64,000 bases of DNA from Schizochytrium sp. TIO01 (Eukaryota; Protista; Bigyra: Labyrinthulomycetes): assembly GCA_004764695.1 (NCBI GenBank), contig SMSO01000031.1, positions 9,158,761 to 9,222,760 on the forward strand, in the 5' to 3' direction. The first letter of the stretch is position 1. Each line of letters begins with the position of its first letter. The position numbers and the translations under genes were made by a program. Under the pieces are notes generated by a model that made no database searches, had not been told where the DNA came from, and was given only the letters and a program-made list of their open reading frames with translations. This document shows positions 12,801 to 24,700 of the stretch, piece after piece.

Positions 12801-13944
12801 TGTCTCTTCGAGCCTGAGCATGAGCTTGGGCTGATTGACTGACCTCGATGACTCTATTGAAGTCTTTTCAATTTTGTTTCCCTCGCCGACAGCTAGCATC
12901 CACCCCTCTTCAAGAAAGTACCTGATAGTTGCTGACCTAGAACTTGCATCTTGTTTAATCAGACTGTTGTCCTTGCAGAGGCCAGAAATGGAGGCATCAA
13001 GGAAGCAAGTGTAGTCGCGTCGTTGGTTTATCTCTCTTTGTGATATAAAATGCTCTATATGGCAATGTTCTTCCTAACTCTAGTAAGTCGTTCGGTGAAA
13101 GCGGCGGCGACACTTGGATCCCAGACAAGTAATGAAGACCTGGAAATATGCATTTAAAGAAAGACACCTTTGACTATGGTACTTTACTGCACATCATCAC
13201 TGCGGCATAGTCATGGTGACGGCCCTCCCACGTTTAGGAGCACGCTCTGCAAGCCTTGTGTTCTTCTCGGAGCCACGAAGTATGCCCCTGGCATCTTCTC
13301 ATTGCAAGCACGTTAAGCATGTTCAATCCGAAATAAATAATGACAATGTTTTTTGTTTTGTTTTTTATTTTTAATTTTAAAAAAATACTCTGAATATAGT
13401 TATTACTAGCAAAATCAGTAACAAGAAGAGTATATCTTTACTAGCTAGAGATCCCTATATTACTTTATTTCATTTTAAAAATTAAAATAAAAACTATAAT
13501 AAAACCGAATAACAAATAACAAAATAACTTCGTAGTGAAGGTTATCAAACAACATTAAAAAAATGTTCACACAAAATCTCACATCATAGGTACTGCCAAT
13601 TCCAAAGAGTTGAAACAAATAACTCACATACACACATACTCTCACACGCACACACCACTCTGAGTGATTGGCAAACTGACCGATTGATTGAATCGAATAG
13701 TTGAATAATTGCATGCCTCAATGGAGGATGACACAGAAACCACCTAACTCCTCAGCTGCCGAAACTGCTTCGAGTTCCCGCCGTCTGATCCAAATCCAGC
13801 CTTCCTGGATCCTGCTCTTCAGAGGAAGTGCTGACGGCATCGCTTTCAGGCTGAGGTTGTGAGCAGACAACCTGAAACAGACAGCGCTCTTAATCATTCA
13901 CCCCAGAGCCCAAGCTCGCTCCGAGGCGCCTCATGAGCGCAGAA

Positions 13945-14338
13945 AATGAATGAATGAATGATTGATTGATTGAATGAATGAATGCGTGAATGCATGAATG
14001 CATGAATGCGCTTACTCCAAGCGAATGAATGAGTGAACGATGGAACGATGGATGTGTGAAAGGTCTGCAGGAGTTCTGACCTGCTCAGCGTGGATTCATC
14101 GATTGATGCCGACGAGCGAGCGAGAGAGCTAGCTAGCTAGCTAGCCAGCTACGGCAGCTCGAGGCCTGTCCACACCGCCTCGGTGGTCTCGACGTGGTCA
14201 CGAGAACGAAGTCGAGTTGATCGTCTCGAGAAGCTGCTGCGCTCGTCGAGGACTTGCCTCTTCAAGATCTCCTCATCGAGAACTTGGCCTAGACCTCGGG
14301 CAGCCCGGCAGGAGGACAGCAGCAGCAACGGCGGCGGC

Positions 14339-14371
<33 letters not shown>

Positions 14372-14945
14372 CACGCCCTCGAGGTCGAGGCCAGCGCAGA
14401 CGCTGAAGGAGAAGCGGAGCAGGAGACGGCGCCGGAGAGGATACCACTTCTGCTCGGGAGACCGCCGTATCCTGCACCGTCGGCCTCGGTAGACGGGGCC
14501 CCGGAGCGGGGCGGCAGCGTTGGCGACGGAGGGGGCGGCGAGCGGCAGCGGCAGCAGCAGCGGCAGAGAGCGCAGAGGAGGCGGCGATGGAGGGACGACG
14601 GCGATGGCGTTGGCGACGATCCGAGTCGCGGAGGAAGTGCGGCAGTCCTATCTTTTTGGATTCTCCTGAACGACTGCCAAAAGCTCTCTTTATTTTTTGT
14701 TCTTCTCTTTCTTTAATTTTTAATTTTAAAAGAAAAGAAAAGCAAAGAAAAGCAAAGAAAAGAAAAGAAAAACAAGTTCCTGCATTGTTATTTGCATGAA
14801 ATGACATGATGGATTTTCATTTTATAATTATTATAACTTCAATTAAAGTATATATATATATATATGCAGATATACGTCATATGATAGGCAGTTGAGTAAA
14901 AACGATTTGTTTTGTTTTGTTTTGTTTTGTTTTGTTTTGTTTTTA
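13945..14945. repeat. Microsatellite cluster: (GAAT)n, (GCTA)n, (CAG)n/(CGG)n, (AAAAG)n, (TA)n, (TTTTG)n around a GC-rich island
   Basis: Directly visible at ~13947-14030, 14127-14150, 14317-14370, 14727-14770, 14848-14865 and 14906-14943. Confidence 0.85.
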
Positions 14946-15880
14946 CTTATCACAATACGTAATCAGGTGCCTGAGTAGTAGACGTGTAGGATTGATCTGC
15001 ATGGGTGTGATTGTTTTGACTTGGTTTTCTTGAAGAGCAAGCCAAGGGAATGAATGACAGGAGTAGTCTCTGAGAGTGATTTGTTTGGGTAAAAAGGAAT
15101 ACAACGTATTCAGCTGTCTTTGTAGCAAGAGACTGCCATGGCTTTGTTCGAGGGACCGTAGTGAGACGATTTTTTATAATGGTTTGAGCAAAGTCTCTTC
15201 AAGCTCATACCTGCACACTACTACTAATTATTCTTCAATTGTACTCTTTTCGGTTTTGTCGAAAGAATGTCTATCCTACGAAACGAGGAAGTTTCTCTCG
15301 TCAATGCGATCTTTGTCTCAGTCAGCTCTTTCTCGAGGATATAAGGGGCGTATGCTGCGCTCTACTGCAGCAGGTAAACCAAACTCTAGTCGTGAAAATC
15401 GGATCGTGGGTCGAGACTTCGCATTCGACAGTGGGGAGGGGTTTCTTCGCTTCAAGCTGTACTCCTTTTGTGTGATGCTGCCCATGAGTGGTCGGTGCCT
15501 CACACCCACTTTGAGCTACATCCTTTAAAACTTGAAGAGTGGTCTTCTGCCTCAAATTATATTGCATTGATCAAGCTTTTGGAATGCGAAAAAACTTTTG
15601 TTGGGAAAAACAAAAAAAGAATAGGAACTAAATACTTTTTCTCCTTAGTTCTGACTGTGTGTTTGAAATCGGAAGGAGAGATCTCGCGGGTTTAAATTGA
15701 GATCGCTGCATACAGATCTGTTTATGCTCTAAATATTAACTTGTAGTAAGTTTTGAAACGCAAAGCACTCTGAGATGCCAAAGAAAGGAAAAAGAAAGCG
15801 TAGCAAATCCCAAACTATTGAAAAAGATTAAATCGTAGACACGAGTCGATTCTGTCTCTGCGTAACCAAAGAAGCTCAAA

Positions 15881-17065
15881 ATGCTAGGCAACCTTGCAGG
15901 AAAGATGACCTCCGTGGCCCTTCCGCGTCGCATGATCGTGGGCGGTGGCTCCATCTCCCAGATTGGCAGCTTGGTGAAGGAGGCCAATGCCACAAGACCC
16001 CTTATTGTCTCTGACGCTTTTATGGAAAGCTCTGGCACTCTCGCCAAGGTCTCCAAGGTTCTCAAGGATGCTGGAATCGAGCACGGCTGCTTCACTGACA
16101 CTGTACCCGAGCCCACTTCTGATGCCGTTGAGCGTTGCCGTGTAGCTATCGCCGAGGGAGGATATGATTCCATCGTCGCTCTCGGAGGCGGTTCCCCCAT
16201 GGATACCGCCAAAGCTGCTGCGACGCTCGCCGTGCACCAAGGCCAGATGCGCGACTACAAGGCTCCGCGCCTCATGGACACCCCTGCTCTCCCGCTCTTT
16301 GCCATCCCCACCACTGCTGGAACTGGCTCCGAGGCTACCAAATTCACAATCGTCACCGATTCTGAGTCCCACGAAAAGATGCTTTGCATCGGTCTCGCCT
16401 ACCTGCCCGAGTATGCTATCATCGATTACGAGCTCACCATGAGCATGCCGTGGGAGCTCACTGCGGCCACTGGTGTGGACGCCATGTGCCACGCGATGGA
16501 AGCTTACGTCAGCAAGCGGCGCAACCCCTTTTCTGCGTCTATGTCTCTGGCAGCTCTGTCTAAAATTGGCCGCAACTTGCGTGAGGTCTGCATCAACCCG
16601 ACCAACGCTGCTGCACGCGAGGCCATGATGCTCGCCAGCACGGAGGCAGGTATTGCCTTTAGTAACTCCAGCGTCACGCTCATTCATGGTATGAGCCGCC
16701 CTATTGGAGCTGAGTTCCACGTGCCGCATGGCCTCTCCAATGCCATGCTTGCCCCCAAGGTCACCGAGTTCTCGGTGCCGGGCGCTGTGGCTGAGTACGC
16801 AGAATGTGCTCGCGTCATGGGCATGGCCGAGCACGGATCCAGTGACTCTAGCGCTGTTGACAAGCTCATTCAGGGCCTTTACGACCTCAATACTGATCTT
16901 AAGATCAAGACCATGTCTCAGTGGGGCATTGACAGCTCTGCCTTCCAAAAGGCTATCCCTAAGATGGCTAAGGATGCCCTTGCTTCTGGATCCCCCAACA
17001 ACAACCCCAAGGTGCCCACCCAGGAGGAGGTCGAGCAGCTCTACAAGAACATCTACGCTAGCTAA
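15881..17065 (+). CDS. Iron-containing (class III) alcohol dehydrogenase, 394 aa
   Basis: NAD-binding GGGSPMD and PTTAGTGSE motifs; metal ligands in DAMCHAMEAY, IHGMS and HVPHGLSNA. Strong codon bias, no introns. Confidence 0.95.
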   Translation: MLGNLAGKMTSVALPRRMIVGGGSISQIGSLVKEANATRPLIVSDAFMESSGTLAKVSKVLKDAGIEHGCFTDTVPEPTSDAVERCRVAIAEGGYDSIVALGGGSPMDTAKAAATLAVHQGQMRDYKAPRLMDTPALPLFAIPTTAGTGSEATKFTIVTDSESHEKMLCIGLAYLPEYAIIDYELTMSMPWELTAATGVDAMCHAMEAYVSKRRNPFSASMSLAALSKIGRNLREVCINPTNAAAREAMMLASTEAGIAFSNSSVTLIHGMSRPIGAEFHVPHGLSNAMLAPKVTEFSVPGAVAEYAECARVMGMAEHGSSDSSAVDKLIQGLYDLNTDLKIKTMSQWGIDSSAFQKAIPKMAKDALASGSPNNNPKVPTQEEVEQLYKNIYAS

Positions 17066-17595
17066 ATACTTGCCCATTATGTATGGCCAGTTCGCTGGTT
17101 TCTGTGACAAAAACTTTGTTATGGCTCATGTTGGTCCTGTCATTGTCTGGCCAATTAATAACTTACTTTTGTTCTCGCAGCAGAATCTGACATTGTAAAT
17201 CTCTGACCTCTGAAAGGTGGTGTTGGCTTTGCATGGTCTCATGCGTAGAAAGGGGAAATATATATTTTATGAGCAGCTATCATTTATCTTTTTCTTTAAA
17301 AAAGAAGTTGGCATGTTGAAACAGGCAATATGCAGCAGCAGCAAAATCTGTTGATTCCACTAATTTACCCTCTAATAATAATAAAACACTTTACAATTCT
17401 AGTCTCTTAAATTGCTTGTAAGGATTTAAGTAGAATTAACCATGTAGGAACAGTGGAGATAGTAAACTTAGTGCGGCTTTTCCTGAAGAAATGCTTCACA
17501 TACCTTTCATACGTTTACTCTGTTTTACATGTTGTCTTCATCCCATACGATAAAGACAATAGTAGCGTAGTAGCCCATCACGAGAGAGATTACCG

Positions 17596-20500
17596 CTACC
17601 GATGTATTGATAAAAATGCACATTCAATGGCCCGTCTCAAGGTAGCCAACTTAGGTCTTTCACTACCTTCATTCGCAGTTTCCATTCGTCGCCGGGAGCG
17701 CTTCATTTCCCAAGCAAACGCTTGAACGAGCTGAAGTTCGTGGGCCGCGGCCATTGCAAATGAATCAAGCTGTCGAACTCTGGCATTAAAAGCCTTGACA
17801 GGTTCTACAGCTTCTCGCTCAAACATCTGGACAATCTCTCTTTTGAAGTCCTCTCGCCATATATGGTACGCATCTTGCAACGATGCGCGGACATGTGGAT
17901 CTTCTTTTGTAGCTTTTTTGCGTGCGGCATTTTCGGCGACTAAATGCAAACTGGCTAAATCACCATGCACCTTAGCTTTAGCCCAAGTGCGCGCATCTTG
18001 CGCAAAGATACAAGTGCGCTGAGAGAAACAACCTAGGTTTCTTCGGATATTAGAACATGCACCATGCCCGGCACGGGCACGCAAGATTCGTAACAGTTCT
18101 TGATTTACTTCATCAGCAGGAATTACATTAAGCCCTTCCTCGAAACAAGCTGGCAGTTCGATATCTGGCAATGATTCCCTTTCATCGCTACTACTTAACT
18201 CCATTTGAAGACTGTCAAGTTGTTGTAGAAGCTCCAGCTGTGCATTGAGGACGCATTTTTTATGATGAAAATCTGGCAGTCCCAAAACAGACTTCTCCGA
18301 ATATAGCTTCCAACCACGTACTTCGATATTTGAAGCCCCATAATCTTTAACTAATGCGGGTATGTCATTCTGCAAAACATGATAATATGTTCGTATGCGA
18401 GTGAAGAATCTCTCTCGTCTCTTTTGCTCTCTCCGGATAGCCTCTTCTCGTGCAAGTCGTAAAAGAAATGAGTGAGTCTCGTCAATTAACTTTAGTTCCC
18501 GCTCCTGGGCTTTGTGCATTTTCTGTTTATCTGAAGACCATGACCCTGATCGAAGACTAGCTGATCGAAGAGGAAGGAAATCAGAAGTGAGTCGAGCCAA
18601 GTCGCTAGGAACAGTCAGACCTTGACTTGATCTGAGCTTAAAATGGTCCACTAGAAGTTCCTTCATTGCCGCATTCTTAACATGCGCGGATTCCTGCATT
18701 TGCAAGTATCCGACATCCTCAGGAGCCGGTGAGCTGGCCCATGACGATTTTGCAACTTGGACCATACTTCTCTCGAATACTTCAGAAAGGATCCCTGCTG
18801 CGACGCTCTGAGCCTCGCGATGCTTGAGGATTGCCTTGACACTAGCTACAGCCATAAATTGGTTTAGGGCTGTTAATGATTGATGTTTTTGATACAAAAT
18901 GGCAAGATTATTCCAGCGCCATATTGCACGGCATTTTAGTTCCTCCTCACGAGCACGATGGGCCTCTTTTGCCCAAACTTGACGCTGTTGGGACTTTTCT
19001 GTAAGCTTGGCGTTCGCCGCAGCAAGCTTTGCACGGTTCCGCTGGCGAATTTCCTCTTCTTCAATGCAATAAGCTTGTGTATAAGCATCTACTTGAGCTT
19101 GCCACTTTTGTGTGACCTCTTCAAGATTCTCTGGAAACGTTTCTGCATCATCCAAGTTCAGGACAAGTTCCCTCTCCCCATTCGTGCCGCCAATCATTTC
19201 AATTGGGTGAACTGGAACAGCTAAGTTGGCTGTTAACTTTGCGGCTTGAAATGGCGAGTTGCTAAAAATATGCAATGCATCTAGGGGTAGGATTTGGTGG
19301 GTTTCAACAATCCTAAAACTGCGTCTCCGAGCCGTACGTCGTCGTCATCTGGTAAAGTCGACAGTCGAGCGACCCAGCGTTGAGCATTCTCTAGCTGTTG
19401 CGGACTGGAAATATTTGACACAGTGAAAACAGAAGATTTACACGCGAGAGTTAGCTTACCGCCGTGGCCAAAGACTCTTTTACCATGTACTTTTAAGAAT
19501 TTCCGTAATGTGAATAGCACATGGTGCCAGTATTCATTTTGCAACATCCTGGGGTTACAGTCAATTATGATACCGGCATGGTATCCTCGAGCTACTACCT
19601 GAACTCGATTTGAAGGAAACACTGGTGGGTCGAAAGGTCTCATCTCTTCAAGATCTGCCCCCTTTATCAGCCCCGCAACATCTGACTTCAAAGGCTTGTC
19701 GTCTGTGCCTGGAACACTTACGTATTCTGGTTTCAAAGGATAGTCTACAATAATTCCTCTTACGAGCATACCATGTTGAGACAGAGATTCGGTACCGTTT
19801 GGGGAGGCTTTTCGAGCAAAACGCCAATCTTCATGCAAGGCACGCCAGCGAACTAGTATAGGTTCACTCAGTTCATTATAAATACGAATTACAAACCCAG
19901 TGCTTTGAAAGTCCTCTAAACCAACCTCGAGATCTGCGTCCGCTTGAAGATAATCAATCCAGGGGAAAGAACCTAAATCCTTCGAGAAATTAATATGAGC
20001 AAAATGTTGTCCTGGAATCATTTGCACAATGCCACTTTCTACATGGAGGTGGCGTCTCTCAACATCTGGGATCTCACGCAGCTGCTTGAAAGGTTTTCGC
20101 TCGCTTGTTTGGCTAATCATGGTGAACCATTCTTGTCGTAGACGGTCAAGCTCTTGGCCATTTAAAATTAGCGAACCGTCTGCTCTCTCAACACGGATCC
20201 GTCTTTCCGCGCGTCTGGCCTCCTCTTCAGGATGGGCAAGCTCCCAAGTAAAGGGATTTAGCGACTGGATTTGGTCACTATGATCCAGTAGCTTGAAAGT
20301 TAATTCCGCTCGGGCGTCAAGAGCCTTCAGATCTATCTCATAATCTTCTGGGGTGCCGAGTGCTAGATTAGCAATGGCATTCGCTACAGAGTTCTGTACT
20401 TCATTCACCCATAAGAGCTGCTTTTTTGGTTTTCGTATGGGTTTCCATGTTTTTGGTGCACGATCTGCAGAAAGACCTCCTTGGTTCAAAACCTCTTCAG

Positions 20501-21008
20501 CTTTCAAGCTAGCTACTTTGAGCGACCATGTCATCTGCGGTTTCTTTCCTGGAGGAAGGATTTTGGTAAGGTACTCTGCTAAAATTTGTAAGTGATGGTC
20601 AAGTTCCTCCCAGCTGCCTTTAAATTGTCCACGAAGCTTTCGCCCATTAGGAAGTAAAATAGCGCCCTTTTTTTTGGAAGGAGAATTTGGCTTGCCATGG
20701 TTCAAGTCATCACTATGTAGCAGCCAAAGAAACTCAAGCATGCTCAACAGAGTTCGCGGTTGCTTTAAATTGGCCGAAATTCGCTCTGCACTAGCTGCTG
20801 CTGCCTGTCGTCGTTCGATTCGCGCTATTACAGCGTTGATTTTCTTCTGTACAAGGGCTCGTACTTCTTGTACAGAACCTCCACGGAATCGTCGTTTCCT
20901 TGGTGATCTTTGGGCACGCAGTGGAGAACCATGTGAAGGAGATCTTGGTGCAAACCCAGGACTGTGTCGACCCCTTGGGGAGCTCAAAGCTAGGTATAAG
21001 GAACTCAT
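17596..21008 (-). CDS. Large hypothetical protein (~1100 aa) encoded by two ORFs (19281-21008 and 17596-~19344) joined by an intron or frameshift
   Basis: Two long co-oriented ORFs in different frames whose open stretches overlap by ~60 nt. First ATG at 21008. Candidate intron 19459-19281 (GTAAGC...CCCTAG, 179 nt) restores the frame. Coiled-coil-rich, no recognised domain. Confidence 0.65.
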
Positions 21009-21791
21009 GTTGGGAGTAATACAATAGTTTTGCTGCAAGTTTGTGGACCTCACACGTCCCTGCCTATGATTTTTGCGCGCGCACCTCGATTGATGACTTT
21101 GATCTTACAAGCTAGCAGAGCCCCTCTTCTTCTGCTCTCTCCATGAGTCTTTCATCCACGAGCACCTGCCTTTAAATATATGCTATCCTTCTTTTGTTAG
21201 GATTTATACAGATAGTATCGTACTATACAACGGCCAAATTTTTTTCTATATGTGAAAAGGTTAAAGTTGACTTCATGCTATAAAACAACGATGAAAAGGT
21301 AATGAGAGTACATTATGGAAAACTGTAAACATGTCTATCTTTTATGATGAACTAACAAACAGCGTTGTAGCGAATGCAAAGCACGTGTTGATCGTAAGTG
21401 TTGTTTCTTATTTTATTTTCAGCGCTTGACGCTCTGTAGGAGACGCTCGTTTTTATTTGTTTTTCCATCTGCGGGGAGGAGGGAAATAAAAGCTGAAGTG
21501 GATAATAACATGTCCATAAGAAGTACAGCCTTTGATTATTCGTTTACATGTGTGCTATTGCATGCATATGACTGCGCCGGCGCCAAGCTTTATTGGGTGT
21601 TTCGGCAAATATACGAAATGAACTTATTCTTACATTTTGTGGATATTAGGCAAAGACTACCAGCATATAGAAAGAAAAGAAGGACAAAATAGGAAAATCG
21701 GTACAAAGAGACAATCAACTAATTGCGGGAAAGGGGAAGAGCTGGCGAGGCGTGGCTTCGATTTCAAGAAATACTCCCTCAACTCTCTCGT

Positions 21792-24700
21792 TTACTGCAG
21801 CACACCAAGCTGCTTAAGAATGTGAGTGGCATTCCAAGAGATTTCTACCTCCGTAATCTTGTTCCTTTCGCCGAAAGCGACGAAAATAGTTGCGTTGAAC
21901 TCGAAAGGCTTCGGCTCGCGAACCAGCATACCCGTGTACTTTCCCTTTACAACACAGCCCATCTGTGTACGCGGAGAGAGGGCAGGCTCGGTATCCTCGT
22001 TTTCGTCCTTACTCGGCTTTTCAGGTTCGGCAGCTCCTGTTGAACGGGAGTTCGAGGAGCCTCGTACTCGCTTCTTGCCACGCTTACGCTTCTTCAGGGA
22101 AACAAAGTTGTGCCTAGTCAAGGTCATTTCAGAAAATGCTTTGCGCAGGCGACGCACGTAATTAACACATTCGTCAATGCCATGAAAAGCCCCACCCATA
22201 TTAGCATCCTGGAACACGCAATTTTCATCGAGAAGTTCATCTGCAAGCTCAATGCGTTCATCCAAGCTAGACAGCTCAAAGATTTTCGTCATTTCGATAC
22301 AAAGCTTCTCCCGAAGCTTTTGGTCAAGTTTCGGTACGGGAGGTAAAGCAGCTGTAGGAGACAACGGGCCACCAGGACTACTTATATCGGCGTCGCTGTT
22401 AGCTTGCCCTGGTGAAGTGGCATCCGTTTCTTCCTTAATGTGCTCCACACTGCCAATGCCCATTTGCCCATTGCTTGTAGCTCCATCTCCTGCTTTGGGA
22501 CGAGCTGCGTTCTGCTCAGCTTCCAGACGGGCTTTCTCTAACATGCGATCGCCGATTGTTTTGCTAAAGCTGTCAGGAAGGAGACCGAGCTGGCGCATTA
22601 CATCAAGCGCGGCCCAGCTCACCATTAATTGTTGGATCTGTGCACTACCAGGAACAAACTTATACGCAATGATAACCTTGAAAGAAACACGCTTGCCTTC
22701 AGGTTTTTGCGACACCCGCTCCGCGACTTCAATTGTTGCAGCCTGGCCAGATTTTGTACTCTCAGTGCGAGGCTTTTTCGTAGGTTGCGACTCGTCTCCT
22801 TCATCTGCATCAGTAGAGGGCTGTGTGTTTGGCTCAATCTTCATAGCCTCTTCTTCCTCTGGTGTCGGTTCCTTGAATGGGAGAATGCCAGGTCCAGAAG
22901 TACGTCCAAGACCGTAGTAGGTGCCCGTCAACGTCCAACGTCCACGTGCAACATTTTTACGGGTCATAAAGTTTTCCTCTTTTGCTGTTAGGCCTGTGAA
23001 AGAAGTACGAATGCGTCTAATGTACTTCAAAACCTTTTCAATACCATGAATCACACGCACCGTATTGGGATCATATAAGTCAAGATCTGGGGCCAGTGCC
23101 GCATCAGCATAGCCTCGAAGTTCTTCCTCGGGACGTTCAAACAGTTGTTTCAAGACAATTGCACTCTTGTGGCGGTTGCGTAAAAGCTCCTCATCAGGGA
23201 TTGGTGAACTTCCGCCCAAACCAGACGATTTCTTGTCATTAGAACCAGCCTGGCCTTGGCTAGAGTCTCGTGAAGTTTTAGACTCGTGCTGGAAGCTCTC
23301 GTCTATGATAATACGTTCGGTGCCTGGATTGTGCACAACCCATTGACCATTCTTGTTCAAACTTTCTTGATCAAGAACAGGATCAAAAGTTTGTAAATAC
23401 TTTGACCAGGATTCTTCGTAGGCTGGGTCTTTGTAGTTAAAATTGTGAACAAAGACCACGAATCGAGCGAGTTGAGCGGGTGTAAGTTCCTTCGCGAGTC
23501 CACGGAACAGAGTAGTTTCTGCAGAAAGCCGACGTTTCTTCATTACAAGACTATGCAAGTTCTCAAGTTTATCAAGAACCGAAGCAATATCTTTGCACAT
23601 ATTGATAACATGATCCCTTCGTGTGCGCAACTTGGTTTTTTGGTCCCTCGTGAGGCCCAGGCGATTACAAAGCTCTTCCCAAAGGCCTCCAGGAGTCAAG
23701 AAATAGTTCTCATCCTGAGCACACTGCCAAAGATACATTTTAGTCACATGAGTAGGCTCCACTTGGCGAATAAGACGAGAGAGAATATGCTTGCTTGCTT
23801 CCTCGCGGTTACGTCCTTGGTCCACATGAGTCTGCATGTAGCCTTCTGTGAGTTGTTTGAGCTCTTCAGAACTAGTCGTTGAGGAAGCAGCGATAGGTGA
23901 CGCAAGAGTAGTTTTCATATTCGCAACAAGCTTTTCACACTGAGCACGCATATTCTCTTGCATTTCTTCTGAGCCAAGCTTAAGTTGCAGTCTCAGACGT
24001 TCATTCTCCTCAAGTAACATTGTTTCGCGATCTTTGAGCTTCTGGGTGTATTCCCGTTTCCGACGGCGACAATTGCGTACAGCCTCTCGGTTCTTCTCCC
24101 TTTGGGCACGGCTCCGAGGTGACATGGGTGCATCAAGCGGCCCCTTCTTGCGCTTGGATCCACCACGGTTGCTGGCCAAGTCCATATCATCATCGTCGTT
24201 GCTCATATCATCAAGGTCTAGGTCATCAGCAAAACTGTCTTGTGGTGCAACAGGCATTGGTGGCATAGCAGGAACAACACTGCTTGGGGGAGAGCTTGAC
24301 GCTGCAGCCGGAGCATGGGGTGCATGAGAAATTCCAGAAGCATCATAAGCAGGCGTCACTGGGTTAAGATCCGAGAGCATCGACGAGCTGGCCATTCGGT
24401 CCACAGGCGCAGGTGATGCATAATCAGAGGTGTGTTCGTCAGCACCATATGGATCATCCATGTGCATAGAGTCCATGGAGCTGATTCCTCGTGCACTGAC
24501 GCCTGCATTGTGAGCTCCATATCCAAATCCAGATCCATGTGCTGCCGATCGTTGATGGTATGCAGTTCCTCGTCGACGAGCTCCAGAGGCGGCTTCAGAG
24601 GCGAATTCGTGCATAGCAGGCGCTAGCCCGGGTTGGTCGCTGCGTCCTCCGCCCATGACAACATCCATGGCGCCGCCCAAGTCATCTGTAAGCGGTACAA

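Noticed and set aside
14183-14807. Overlapping 170-aa ORFs in the GC-rich island
   Set aside because: Low-complexity trinucleotide repeats keep several frames open; no recognisable domain or consistent codon bias.
15884-17110. 408-aa antisense ORF over the ADH
   Set aside because: Shadow ORF produced by strong codon bias of the sense gene; no motifs.
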